From positions 22,506,001 through 22,570,000 of the forward strand of contig NC_045138.2 in the NCBI RefSeq assembly GCF_008831285.2: a stretch of 64,000 nucleotides of DNA, written 5' to 3'. The position numbers and the translations under genes are program-made. The notes below the pieces were generated by a model that saw only the letters and a list, made by a program, of their open reading frames with translations, ran no database searches and was not told the DNA's origin. The stretch is from Nymphaea colorata. Taxonomy: Eukaryota. Each line of letters starts with the position of its first letter. Position 1 is the stretch's first letter. Shown here piece by piece: positions 14,437-25,700 of this stretch.

Positions 14437-15144
14437 TGTTAGTGGACATTTAAAACATGGTGGTTGTAATATATACGTGTTTATAGTGTTGTGGTAATGT
14501 TAGTAATGGTTCATGCAAGAGTTAAAAAGTCTGTTGATATTCTTAGGTATGGTTACCGTAGACAAGTGTCTTTATAGAATAGTGATAGTGATTAAGAGTG
14601 GTGCTGTCATGTTTATGGGTAGAGGATAGAGAGAGATGGAGTATCGAATGTGCTCATTCGTTTTAGAGTAGTGGTGATAAATGTAATTCAATTGGCTCAT
14701 CATTATGAGGAATTGGGCCGTTGTAAAAGGTCGTAATTGTAAACATTTTATTCCTTGTAAGGTGAGTGCATGGGATGCTATATGTACTCCACTTGTCAGT
14801 CAACAATCACCAATGAAGTGAAGTCTTGTTACATGCTTCTCTCTTTTCTATTCTTCTCATTTTGTTTTATCTTTCTTGCAGGTTAAAATTTAATATGTTT
14901 AAGGAAGTCCAACAATCTTTGGTATCAGTGTTGTCAGGTTCGGATCTAAAGGTTTGAAGCACTAGGAGAGCCAGAATTTTTTTTTTTTGGTGGGGACACT
15001 CATCAAATACCTTTAATTTCTTTGGGAAGTTCTATTGAAGTGAGTTACTTATGTTGAGAAAGTTGAAGCCCATCCATGTAATCTAATGGCCACAAATCTC
15101 AATATGTTGAATTTGTTGCAGTCCCTTTTGCCCATTGTTAATGG

Positions 15145-16647
15145 CATTACAAGAAATTTAACATTTAGTGTTGTTGAAGACATGTAATTGTATTTCGTAA
15201 GGCAGCCTTAACGTTACCATGTGCGCTACCGAACATTATGTTTTGGATTCCTTTGATAACAAAAACTGACAACGTTACTGACGATACACTTTGTAACATG
15301 CAACGTTACAAATTATCAGGATCTGCATTACAGAAGGACAAGTCATGTCTCCTGGAAGGCGTAACGTGCAGCTTGATCATAAGTAAGGCTCTCACCGCGT
15401 TACGAAATAAATTATTATTTTTTTAAATAACAATATCAATACCAATTATTCCTAACACATAAAAAATACACAGTTCACATATCAAGTATTGAGGTAAATG
15501 ACACTAATCAACCACGAAAATGCTAAGAGTATACAAATAAATAGAAAGAGAGTAGTCATATTTTACATATCAAGAATTGAGTAAATGAAGATAATACATA
15601 CACCTCCATCTACACTTTCAAACTTGATCAGTAAGTGTCAATGATAACTCTAGTGTATACTAAAATGATGACCCATGAAATAGCGACAACAAACTCTAGT
15701 TAGCCTTAGAAGCCCAAAGAAAAGTCTACAGTAGCATCAAACAAAGATCAGCAATTACAGAGAGCATCATAAGTCCTAAAATCTTTAGCGTAATTGCACA
15801 ATAATTAGAAATATAATTATGATTAAGGACAGAATTTATTATGTTAAACTCATAGTAAATGGTACGACGACGTGAAAAAAGTGTTGGAAAAATCAGAAGA
15901 TAGTGATCAGTGCACCAAATTGGTTGGAAATTCTCTACTATGGATTCCCTGATTTCATCTTATCAACTCAGGTCAATCTCGTCGTTGTGTCTGCATACAA
16001 ACAAAAGATATAATTTACTGGTGGAATTGTTTGCCTGGCATAAGATAGAAACCACACTGGCTGCCCTTTCTCCAAGTGTTGGAACTGTTCCGTGCCATAA
16101 GGAGAAACAATTATCGCATCCATTACTGGTGTCTGGAGCAGAACACTTTGCGAAGAAAAGAACCATAATTCACTACACGTCGATCCCCAGGAGGAATAAC
16201 CATTTTACCTAGAGTATAATACAAAGAAACGCCTTTAGTGGCACAAAAGAAATTGCCCATAAAAAGAAAAAATGCAACAGTAAAACTAAATTTAGATCTT
16301 CATTGTCTTCAGGTTTACATTAAAATTAAAATTTTATTGATTAATGCTTTAGAACCAAGAGGCTCTTGCTCTGTTTGATTTCTCTTATTCTTTGTTTTGC
16401 TCTCTTTTTGCGTATACGTTTTCTTTGTTCTATTGAATGAAGCGTATGAAGGACAACCTCCAATAAGGTGGTTCCATTGACTTCCAAGCCTAGAATCTAA
16501 ACATGTGATGGTCTCTTTTCTGTACCTACACGACAGTTAGTTGCTGCTGATACTCTTTTCTACCGTTAGATCTTAGCAACAGAATCTCACAATGCTTAAC
16601 TTTAATTACATTTTCTAGACTGGAAAGGTGCTTATATATATATATAT

Positions 16648-16680
<33 letters not shown>

Positions 16681-17433
16681 GCTAACCTTGATATGCTCAG
16701 AATTGAAATGTTTATCTGGACAACAGAAAATACATAACGAGAAAAAAGAAATTGGACTAGAGTATGATCAATTGAACAAGAACGCAAGACTTTGCAGGAA
16801 GTTAAAAATTCTAAATAGAACCCAATGAACAGTTAAGTTTGCCTAGGTGAAACTGGATTATCTACTGACATTTTATAGAACTTTAACCGACCAAAAGATG
16901 AAAATTGTGGAATTGAACCGACACCAATCTTATACATACTGAGTTCCAACAATGATATTGGTGGCTCTTGGCCATTATCTCCACTAAAGATTCCAACCAT
17001 ACCAAAGTCAGAAATCTTCCACATCATCTGCACATCCTAATGGTATGAAGGCCTTGAGTTCCATTGGTGAAGAAATATGCAATCTATCAGTGAGAAAGAG
17101 GAGCAAAATGGAGAGGTGAAGGAAACGATTGAGAGAGAGAGAGAGAGAGAGAGAAGCAATAAGGACCAAAGAGGTAGGACAAGACAAGAGAGAGGGAGAC
17201 AGAGAGAGGCGGGAATGGAGAGAGAGAGAGACACACGCAAAGACAGAGAGAGATTGAGAGAGGAGACGAGTTTGGAGGGCGAGGAGACGAACTTGAAATG
17301 AGAAAGAAAATAGATGGGCAGGGTTAGGAAAATTTCATTTCCGGCGCCCACTTTTAATAATGTGAGATGTTTTTTTTTTGAAATAATGACTCTTTAAAAA
17401 CCAATGTTACTATACCCCTAAGTTCTTGTAGTG
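15145..17433. mobile_element. Non-autonomous CACTA (En/Spm) element with captured gene fragment(s)
   Basis: Termini CATTACAAGAA (15145) and TTCTTGTAGTG (17433); 3-bp flanks TGG/TGA; removal restores the copia gag frame. Confidence 0.85.
16940..17075 (-). pseudogene. Captured receptor-like kinase (CRK/S-domain type) exon fragment, kinase subdomains VI-VIII
   Basis: IFLH...H*D..MMWKISDFGMVGIFSGDNGQ/ATNIIVGT, followed by a GTATGT donor at 16939, the position of the conserved intron after VGT in DUF26/S-domain RLKs. Confidence 0.8.
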
Positions 17434-19718
17434 TGAGAAGAATTATGAATTTTGGAGTATAAAAATGAAAACCTTTTTCATTTCACAAGAATTACAGGAT
17501 CTTGTTGAGACTTGATATGTAGAAGTAGAATCCTCCAAATCATAAGGAAAGGGTACAAAACTAAGTGATGTTAGAGAACAACGAAAAGAAAAGATATCAA
17601 GGCATTGTTGGTGCTACAATCAGATTCCATAATTCCATGGATTGCAAATGTGACTAAATGGAATGAAGCATGGACTATATTAAGGCAAGAATTTTAAGGT
17701 GACAAAAAAATCACTATAGTAAAGTTTTAATCTCCATTGACAGAATTTGAAACATTCTCTATGAAAGGTGGTGAGTCTATTTCAACTTCAATTTCTAGAC
17801 TTGCTATCATTGTTAATCAAAAGAGGACATTTAGGAAAACTATCACTGATCAAAAGGTAGTCAATAAAGTCTTGAGAAGTTTGCCACCAAAATTTGATCA
17901 TATCCTTACAGTCGTATAAGAATTTAAAGACCTTTTTTCTTGTACTTTGAACACACTAATGGGCTCCTTGTTGGCACATGAACAACGGTTGAATAGAAGT
18001 ATGGAAAGCATGACTGAACACGTTTTTTCATTAAAAGCTAATTGCAGTGAACAAAGCCATAGATGTGGACGCTATTGAGGTGGTTGTGTAGACTAGAAAG
18101 AGGCCACAAAAGGTCAAACTATCAAAATTACAATCAGGGTGAGAGAAACAATTCAAGCTACCAAAATTCAAAAGGTAAACAATGTTATTTTTGTAAAAAA
18201 ATTAGTCACTTGGAAGCAAACTGTTTTGAAAAAGTCAAACAACATGCAAATTTTGTGAAAGAAGAAAGTAAATCTCTTTCTCACAAGTACAAAATTAAAC
18301 ATCAGTATCTAAAATGTGTGGTTTTTGGACAGTAGTTTTAGTAACCACATAACTTGTTGGAAAAGTTCATTTAGAAGTATTAATGAGTTTGTGAAATTCA
18401 GATTATGAGAAAATACATTGTTGATGCAACATTTGAATCTGGTGAAAGAAAACTCATGGAAGATGTGCATTATGTAACCGGCTTAGCACAAAAAATTGCT
18501 AAGCGAAGTACTACTTATACAAAGTAGTCGTTTAGTTATTCTCAAAGATAGTGCATGTGAGATAAGAGAGGCTGAAGAAATAATTGCTAAAATTGATATG
18601 GCGCAAAATTGTATGTTTCCTCTCGAACCTTACTGTTTTGACAATCACACTTTAGTTGCTAAAGATGATGAGATGTCTACTCTTTGGCACCTAAGAATGA
18701 ACATTTGCATTTTAATGGATTGAAATTACTTATTAAAAAATTGGTTTTGATGTTGCCTTTTATTGTACAACGTAATAAAGTTTGTGAAGGTTGTGTGTAT
18801 GGGAAGCAACATCAATTGTCATTTTTAAGTTGCTAGGCTTGAAGACCTTGTCAACCATTAGAATTAGTTTAATGAGGATGTGATCAATGAATAATAATAA
18901 TAATAAATATATTTTGTTATTCACTGATGACTCTTCTCGCATGAGATGGGTTTATTTTCTCTCTCCACGGATATGAAACTTTCTAAAATTTTAAAAAGTT
19001 CAAAGCTCTTCTTGAAAAACAAATTGATCACAATATCAAAATTTTATGTGTGGGTGAGAATTATTATCTGATAATTCTAATATTTTTGTAAAAAAAAAGG
19101 TTTGTAACTGACGATTAGAAAGACATCTAAACAAAATGCTGTCACTGAAAGAAATAATATAACAGTTATGAAAGTGGCTCATAGGATGTTTGTCAAGTAT
19201 CTTCCTTTGAATTTTTAGGTAAAAGTTGTAGCTACCTCAGTTTATTTGTTGAATATCTTACAAATAAATGTGGTACAAAACAAAACCTCATATGTTGCAT
19301 GGATCATGAGAAAACCTCTTGTAAGTAATTTGAACATTTTTTATTGCACTACTTATGCATTGATTAATGCATATAAATACTCTAAGTTAGACAAAAAGAA
19401 CAAAAAATGTATTTTTGTTAGTTATAGCGATGAATCTAAAGGTCATCTCTTATAGAATCCCGTTTCAAAAAAGTCAATCGTCTGTTGTGATTTAGCTTTT
19501 TATGAAAGTAGTAAATGAAAATAAAGCAAAAATGATTCTAAGCAATTGTTATTTGATGAAAAAACATTTTTTCAAGGTAAATAGGAAGTTCCTATTTATA
19601 TACCCTGGGTCCCAATTTATAAACCCTGGGTCCAATTCTTATCCATTTCTCCATTTAGTTCAAGTCTTCTGAAACACTGTCAGTTGCACTGTACTCCTGG
19701 CTGGGAAGCCATTTTAGC

Positions 19719-20376
19719 TGTCAAGCTGAAGGAGGTCAAGGATTTGATGATATGTCTCATGGCATATTAAGGTAACAAAAATGTTCTTTAGGTTGTGAAT
19801 ACAAGGAGTAGAAGAGAAAAGTCGGGCAAAAGAAATTGCATGAAAAAGTGAAGGGGACTTATGTATGATGTTTCAGTGAAAGAATCTTGTTCATAGAATG
19901 AGGATTTCATTCTGGAGCAAATAGAACAAAATTGGACAAATTCGTGCAAGTTTAATTGGAATAGCGAAAAAAGCTGGAGGTTTATGGATTGGGAAGGGCC
20001 TACATGCATCTAGCTGTTTGGCATTCTCTTCAATCTAAAGACTTTGCAACTGTGGAGGTGTTGCTCACTTACAATTGCAGTGCTACTGATAATGTATGAC
20101 CTACTACTTTTAAGAAGGAAATTTTGCCAGTTGGTTTTGTTTTGTAGGAGATACGAATATGACAATGTTTTTGCAGGAAGGGAAGACTCCGCTAGATCAT
20201 CTTTTACACGCCTGCCAATAAATAGTTGATTTATATGTCTTTGTAAGTGTTGGGGGGCTGGAATGTGATTCTGTAAATTGTCATGGATGTGATAAGTTTA
20301 GTTTTTGTTTTCCTTTGTTACCAAAATCTTGTTTCTGTTGCAATAGATAAGTTTTTGTTTTGTGTTCCTTGGTAAC
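19719..20376 (+). mobile_element. Probable solo LTR nested in the copia
   Basis: TG start; non-coding; ataaata TATA-like element at ~20218 followed by a T-rich U5-like stretch; unrelated to the copia coding sequence. Confidence 0.35.
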
Positions 20377-20647
20377 GAGTTAATCGAGCCTTAATCAAGC
20401 TCGATAAGGATGAGTAGTCCCAAACGAGTTTATCGAGCCTTAATCGAGCTCGAGTTCAACAAGGAAGGATGAGTAGTCTCAAACGAGTTTATCGAGCTTA
20501 GTCGAGTCGAGCTCGAGCTCGACACATGACTATCGAGTCAAGTTCGAGCTAGTGTAGTCGAGCTATTTTCGAGCTCGAGGTCTTACTTAGTCGAGCCGAG
20601 TTCGAGCTGGCCAAGCTCGGGCTCGACTCGGCTCGTGTTCAGCCCTA
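20377..20647. mobile_element. hAT-type MITE (TAGGGCTG...CAGCCCTA family), right half; other copies at 36874-37243 and 51630-52027
   Basis: Dense CGAGC/GCTCG subterminal repeats ending in CAGCCCTA. Confidence 0.7.
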
Positions 20648-21584
20648 ATAGGAACAACCCTCATCTAGCTCTACAAGGTCACCAGGCAATGATGGTGAAG
20701 AATCAAGCAATGAGGAAACACCACCAAAAAGATACGTTTTCTATAAGATATTTATAAATGTGCATTTGCTACATGCCATTGAGGAAATTGATACATGAAA
20801 ACTAACATATTTACAACCTGGAAAATTTCCCATTGGTTTAAAATGGGTTTATAAAGTAAAATATGACAAGGTGGAAATGTAAAAAAATATAAATCTAGGT
20901 TCGCAGCGACATGATATGTTTAAAAATAGGAAGTTGATTTTTTTGAAACGTGTTCTTTTGTGACCAGATTTGAAATTGTTAGATTGGCTCTTGCAATGGT
21001 TGCACAAAAGGGTTGGCAAGTTTTTTCAGTTTGATGTTAAATCAGATTTTTTAAATTGTTATTTAAATGAAATTGTTATATTGATCAATCCCAAGGTTTT
21101 GTTGTTGCTCGCAAGAAAAGAAAAAAGTATACAAGTTGAAGAAAGCCATGTATGGCTTGAAATAAGCATTTTGGGCATGGTATAGCTGATTAGACTCATA
21201 TTTCCATCAAAAATATGGTTTATTCAAGAGTTGAATAGTCTCTTGATATTCTTAGTTTGTGTTAACATGGTCATGTGTCTTTATGAAATGGTAGTAATGA
21301 TTAAGAGCAGTGGTGTCATGTTTATGGGTAAAGGGTGGAGAGAAATGGAGTACTGAATGTGGCCAATAGTGGGGATAAATATAATTTAATACACCCGTCA
21401 TTATGATAGAGTGGACCTTTGTAAAAGGTCATAATTATAAACTTTTATTGGCGCATGAGAAGCTATATACAATTATAATACAGCCCCGTTGTCAAGCAGC
21501 AATGGAGTCAAGTTTTGTCAGGTGCCTGTATTTTCTTGTTTTCTTCATCGTTCTTGCAGGTTTCCGTTTCATGTGTTTACAGAA

Positions 21585-21800
21585 AGTGAACGAGGGGACG
21601 AGACAAGTCCGCCCATAGCTCTGGGCACCCAGCGGCATGCTCTGGTCCAAAGAAGAAGCAGCATTTGGTCAGGTCGATGGATTCTTCCTGGTGACAAACA
21701 AGCGGGCTCATGTTGACGGCCAGAATGGAAGGAATCATGACGCCGGTGGAAATTCACCATTACCCGTCGACCACACCACCAAGAAAGTGCAAAAGGGTTT
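21585..21800 (-). mobile_element. N-terminal endonuclease part of the same LINE, displaced by the copia insertion
   Basis: RQHE/PLVCHQE (cf. PDLVCLQE) followed by LW...WVPRAMGGLV (cf. W..PA.G.SGGL). Confidence 0.5.
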
Positions 21801-22291
21801 TCAGCTCAATCTAGACCGTTATACTTGTTTCCTGTTTATTTATTTGCTAAATATGTGTTAGCTTGAATCATTTTACTAAAGGACTAGAGTTCTTCATTGA
21901 TGCAACTATAGATGTTGACATTTTGGAAAAAAACGCAGGTTGACACCAAGAACAGTTCCAACTGATATAAGCTTCTTCAAGTAATCAATGATATTCACAT
22001 CTCATAATTTGGATCAAGCGAAGAATTTTCAACTACGATTTTCCTTTTCTGGAGTACAATGGAAGCTCAGAAAAGAAGATCCATCCATATGAGGGATGGT
22101 AGTCGAATGGATGACCATCTAACCCCCTCGGCACCATGTTGAGGTAAGATGGCAGGCTAGAGAAGAGCATATGCAGCAATGCGCAAAATAGATCCCCTGG
22201 TTTGAGTTAAAACAAACGTCACTGCGAACTTGAAATCCCTCATTATCTTGGAAGCTGACACGAATCGTCATTGGCAAAATAATGCAATTAT

Positions 22292-22297
22292 TTTATT
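22292..22297 (-). terminator. Candidate polyadenylation signal (AATAAA) of the PPI-like gene
   Basis: AATAAAATAA on the minus strand ~140 nt downstream of the stop codon. Confidence 0.4.
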
Positions 22298-22437
22298 AAA
22301 TTTTGAGGGAAAACCATTGTTCAGTTCGTTACACTATAAGCAATCAAATAAGACTATTAAAATGAGAGAGAGGGAAGAAAGAGACGTAACACGCCCAAAC
22401 CGCCTATAACTACTGCTGATTATGGCAGAGCCCTATT

Positions 22438-22773
22438 TTAAAAGTAAAGGCGCTGCACCATAAAAGCAAACAAAAACGTGACTAGACCTCCTAGTAGAAG
22501 CGCATACATCCATGGTTGCATTTTTCTCCTATTCTTCCTCAACGGAGGGGGAACTAATGTCTTCGGTCTATTTGATTTCGACATCGTATATGATCTAGGT
22601 GGCTTGTTAGCTGCTACAGCTGAGGACTCTTGCCTCTCTTTCGTGTCGAATTCCAAAGCTGAGCTACCTTCTGCGACGTGTTTGTCTAAGGACTCTGCAC
22701 ATTCACCATTGGCACCACCATGGGCCGTTGCTGCTGCAGCTGTTGCCTTTTTCCTTGCTCTCTTCTCACGCTC
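22438..22773 (-). CDS. PPI-like terminal coding exon (EREKRARKK...VQRLYF*) with TM anchor
   Basis: Acceptor GTCCAG| at 22774; TAA at 22440-22438; hydrophobic C-terminus. Confidence 0.9.
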   Translation of the reverse strand, partial: EREKRARKKATAAAATAHGGANGECAESLDKHVAEGSSALEFDTKERQESSAVAANKPPRSYTMSKSNRPKTLVPPPLRKNRRKMQPWMYALLLGGLVTFLFAFMVQRLYF

Positions 22774-25700
22774 CTGGACATTGTTTACATCACGAGGCAA
22801 TCAATCACACACATGTTCGGCATCTCATTTTAATGAAAAATAGTACTCTAAAACTTAGAATTTGCTGAGACTTGAAATAAGTTGCACTACCTTTTCTCTG
22901 CGGTCAGACTCCTTTTGGGCTCTCGCTTCAGCCCTGGCCTTAGCCTTCTCGGCATTCCGACGTTTCCGTGTCTCTGCCTCCTTGGCTTTGGCAATCTCCT
23001 CCAGCCGACGTTGTTCTTTCAATCTGGCAGCAGCCTCTTCCTTTCGCTGCTCTTCTTCTTGTCTCAACCGCTGCAATTCTTCCTCCGACAGTTTTTTCTC
23101 TTCTCTCTCTGGCTGCTCTTCCAGTTCATCAACCAACAATGTTGGTATGCTTTCTGGACGAGCTGACTTGCTAGACTTTCTGGTTTTGGACGAAGAATTC
23201 TTCTGATTTACTTTCTCCTCACGGACTTCTGCACCGGTATTCATATCTGTGGCATGCCTGTCACCTCCAACCAATGTTTCTGCTGCAGTACTAGGAAAAA
23301 CAGCAACTTTCTCAGCAAGAGTCAGTTGGTTGACACTGCTCTCATTTTCTGTACGCCTTTTCAGTAAGAGTGACTCCTCGTCAGGACCCAGTGCTCTCCC
23401 ATCAGGAGTCCCGAGCCTTCTCAAAGTGCTGAACTCATTGTTTTTTATGTACTCTCTTCGGAAATCATCATTGTTATTCCACAGGTCCATCATTCGTTCC
23501 ACCTGAATTATTTAATGAGACATCTGTCACACAAGAACAAGCCAGGGGGCTTTCAGAAGTAACAAAAAAGAAAGTCAAATTATTCACCTGATCAAGACAA
23601 TGTGATGCAACTGCTTCCCGGTCCTTCATATTGGCATGTTGGTGAGCAATCTGGATATCTGTTCTGTTCTGATAAAACAGAGTATTCTGCACGGACATGT
23701 AAATTAGAGAAGTCAAAAGACGGATTCAGAATGTCTTTAGTATTGAAAATGCACTTTGAGAATACACTTTTATCTTATTAAGGAATGGATTATTGAAGGT
23801 GCTTGTAGTTCCCCAAGAAAACAGAAATCCACCTCAATTTAATACCGAGGTTACAATCATATTGTTCAGGTCATGGAAAAACCACAATGTAGCAGTGAGC
23901 ATCAAGTGAATTACAGACACAAAGAGAGAGAGAGAGAGAGAGAGAGAGTCTGTTCAGGGAGAACCATTAGTTACAAACTATCGCGTTGATGAGGACAATG
24001 AAAACATGACAAACCAACAGCATGGAATATTTACATTTAAACTTGCAAATATTTGACAACATATCAAAATCAAAGACTAGAGACTCTGACAGTAATTCCA
24101 TAGAACTGCCAAATCAACTATGAGGAGAAAAGCACAGAGCTACTTCTACCTGTAAAAGAACATTTACAATGTTGAAACATGGTTTTAAAAAATTTATTTT
24201 TATATTTTTCTTTAAATTCATCTTTGACGAATAGACAATTGACAAATTCAAACCTATATATTGCTAGTCCAGTCAATCCCTGCCTTTCACTCAACTATTC
24301 CAGATTAACCATTGGTTTTGTCTGGTTATGCCAAATATTTTCCACATATCAGAGTAAAAAATTAAGGACACAGATAATGATCTCAGAAAGGTTTCACTAG
24401 AAAGGGCAAATTATTCAACTCAAATTGCTTTTTTATTCAATTGAATGACACAATCACCAATAAAAAGGAGGAGGAATGAGAAAGTAAAATGATATGCAGT
24501 ATCTTTCACACATAAACCCGCTTGGATAAATATGCATCCATTATAAGTTGCCATGGTTAAATTGTTCATGTAACAAAATGACAGATCCTAGAGGTGCAAG
24601 CATCACGGATGTTAATTACAACAAGGTAGGGAATGGATGTCAGCCGCATGTAAGTCCGGAAAAATGTTGAAGTTGAACTATCCCTATATTTTATGAAACA
24701 TAACAGAAAATCATCAGATACACAAGTTTGTCAAGGGAGAAAGCATTCTTGTGCTTCCTGCAGCCACTTAGCAGTCAATGCATAATGTCCAGTGACATTT
24801 TGTCACCAACTCAACAGTACATAGGAAAAAAAGCAGAATACAGCAGGACCACTTTGATTTTTGGCAATTTTATCTTCTTTTCAAAGCTTCTTGACCGAAT
24901 GGCCGATCACATGCAAAGAACAAATGGAACTGTTCTTCTCAGTAATAGAGACCTCTCTCAATGGATATGTTTAGTTCAACCTAGAGCAGGGCCAATACTA
25001 ATTCAACAATAGATCTGACCCACATATGGTCCTCTGAGAAAAGTGGAGAAGCTCTGCGAGGGAAGTATTAAGGAATTTCAGACAATGGTGGTTATGTCAA
25101 ACACGTGTGACCATGTCAAGCTTCTCAGCTGGATTAGCTAACATACACTAACAATAAACATGAATTCTCATAGGTTCAAATACGTATGTGTTCTGAAAAA
25201 GAAAGAAACAAGTAAGGCTATTGCAGAGAAAGAATGTGATCCCAATAGTCAAAGCAGTAGTCAAATTGCACCAGCACAGTGAAAATAACCTTCCTTCATG
25301 CAAAAAGATGAAAGGACTCAAACATGAAGCCTTTGAAATTCTTCTTATAAACACAAAAAAGTATTTTCATGATAAACTCTAGAAGAATATTTAATGAGAA
25401 TAAGAAACTGCCAAATCAAGCCTACCAGTAATGAAAACTCAATTTAGCCAAATAAAACAAAAAACTCTAAATTGTTTTCTTCTACATACTTTTTCATACT
25501 CTTGCTTCTTGAGATTCCTCAGGCTAAGATATGCCTCTTGCCGGACATCATTTGCAGAAGCAACTTGAGCCCGCAATTGATTAACTTCTTCATCCAAACT
25601 ATGCAATTCTTTCTCAATGGCTTTGGTCTGTGCATCAGTTCGTGCTAGCTCCTTTCTGATAGTGTCAAATTCCTGTTCCAGGAGCTAAATACAACAGTGT

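Larger units (their letters stand above)
14437..21581 (+). mobile_element. Degenerate Ty1/copia LTR retrotransposon
   Basis: 5' LTR TGTTAG..CCAACA at 14437-14914; PBS TGGTATCAG at 14920. gag (KNYEFWSIKMKT, KVLRSLPPKFDH, C..C.K.SH....C knuckle), protease (WFLDSS), integrase and partial RT to ~21210. A 5'-truncated 3' LTR at ~21220-21581 aligns with 14515-14900. Confidence 0.9.

Noticed and set aside
17077..17351. ORFs from GA/CT repeats (also 293-762 and 45405-45773)
   Set aside because: Low-complexity translation artefacts of microsatellites, MITEs and SINEs.
21502..21861. Apparent secreted-peptide gene (TATA-like box, good ATG context, MESSFVRCLYFLVFFIVLAG...)
   Set aside because: The 'signal peptide' aligns with the T-rich end of the 5' LTR (14793-14885), so it is 3' LTR sequence. 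The rest is antisense LINE with an in-frame TAG.
24640..24716. Intronic C/D snoRNA (TGATGA ... CTGA on the minus strand)
   Set aside because: No terminal stem and no rRNA complementarity that I can recognise.
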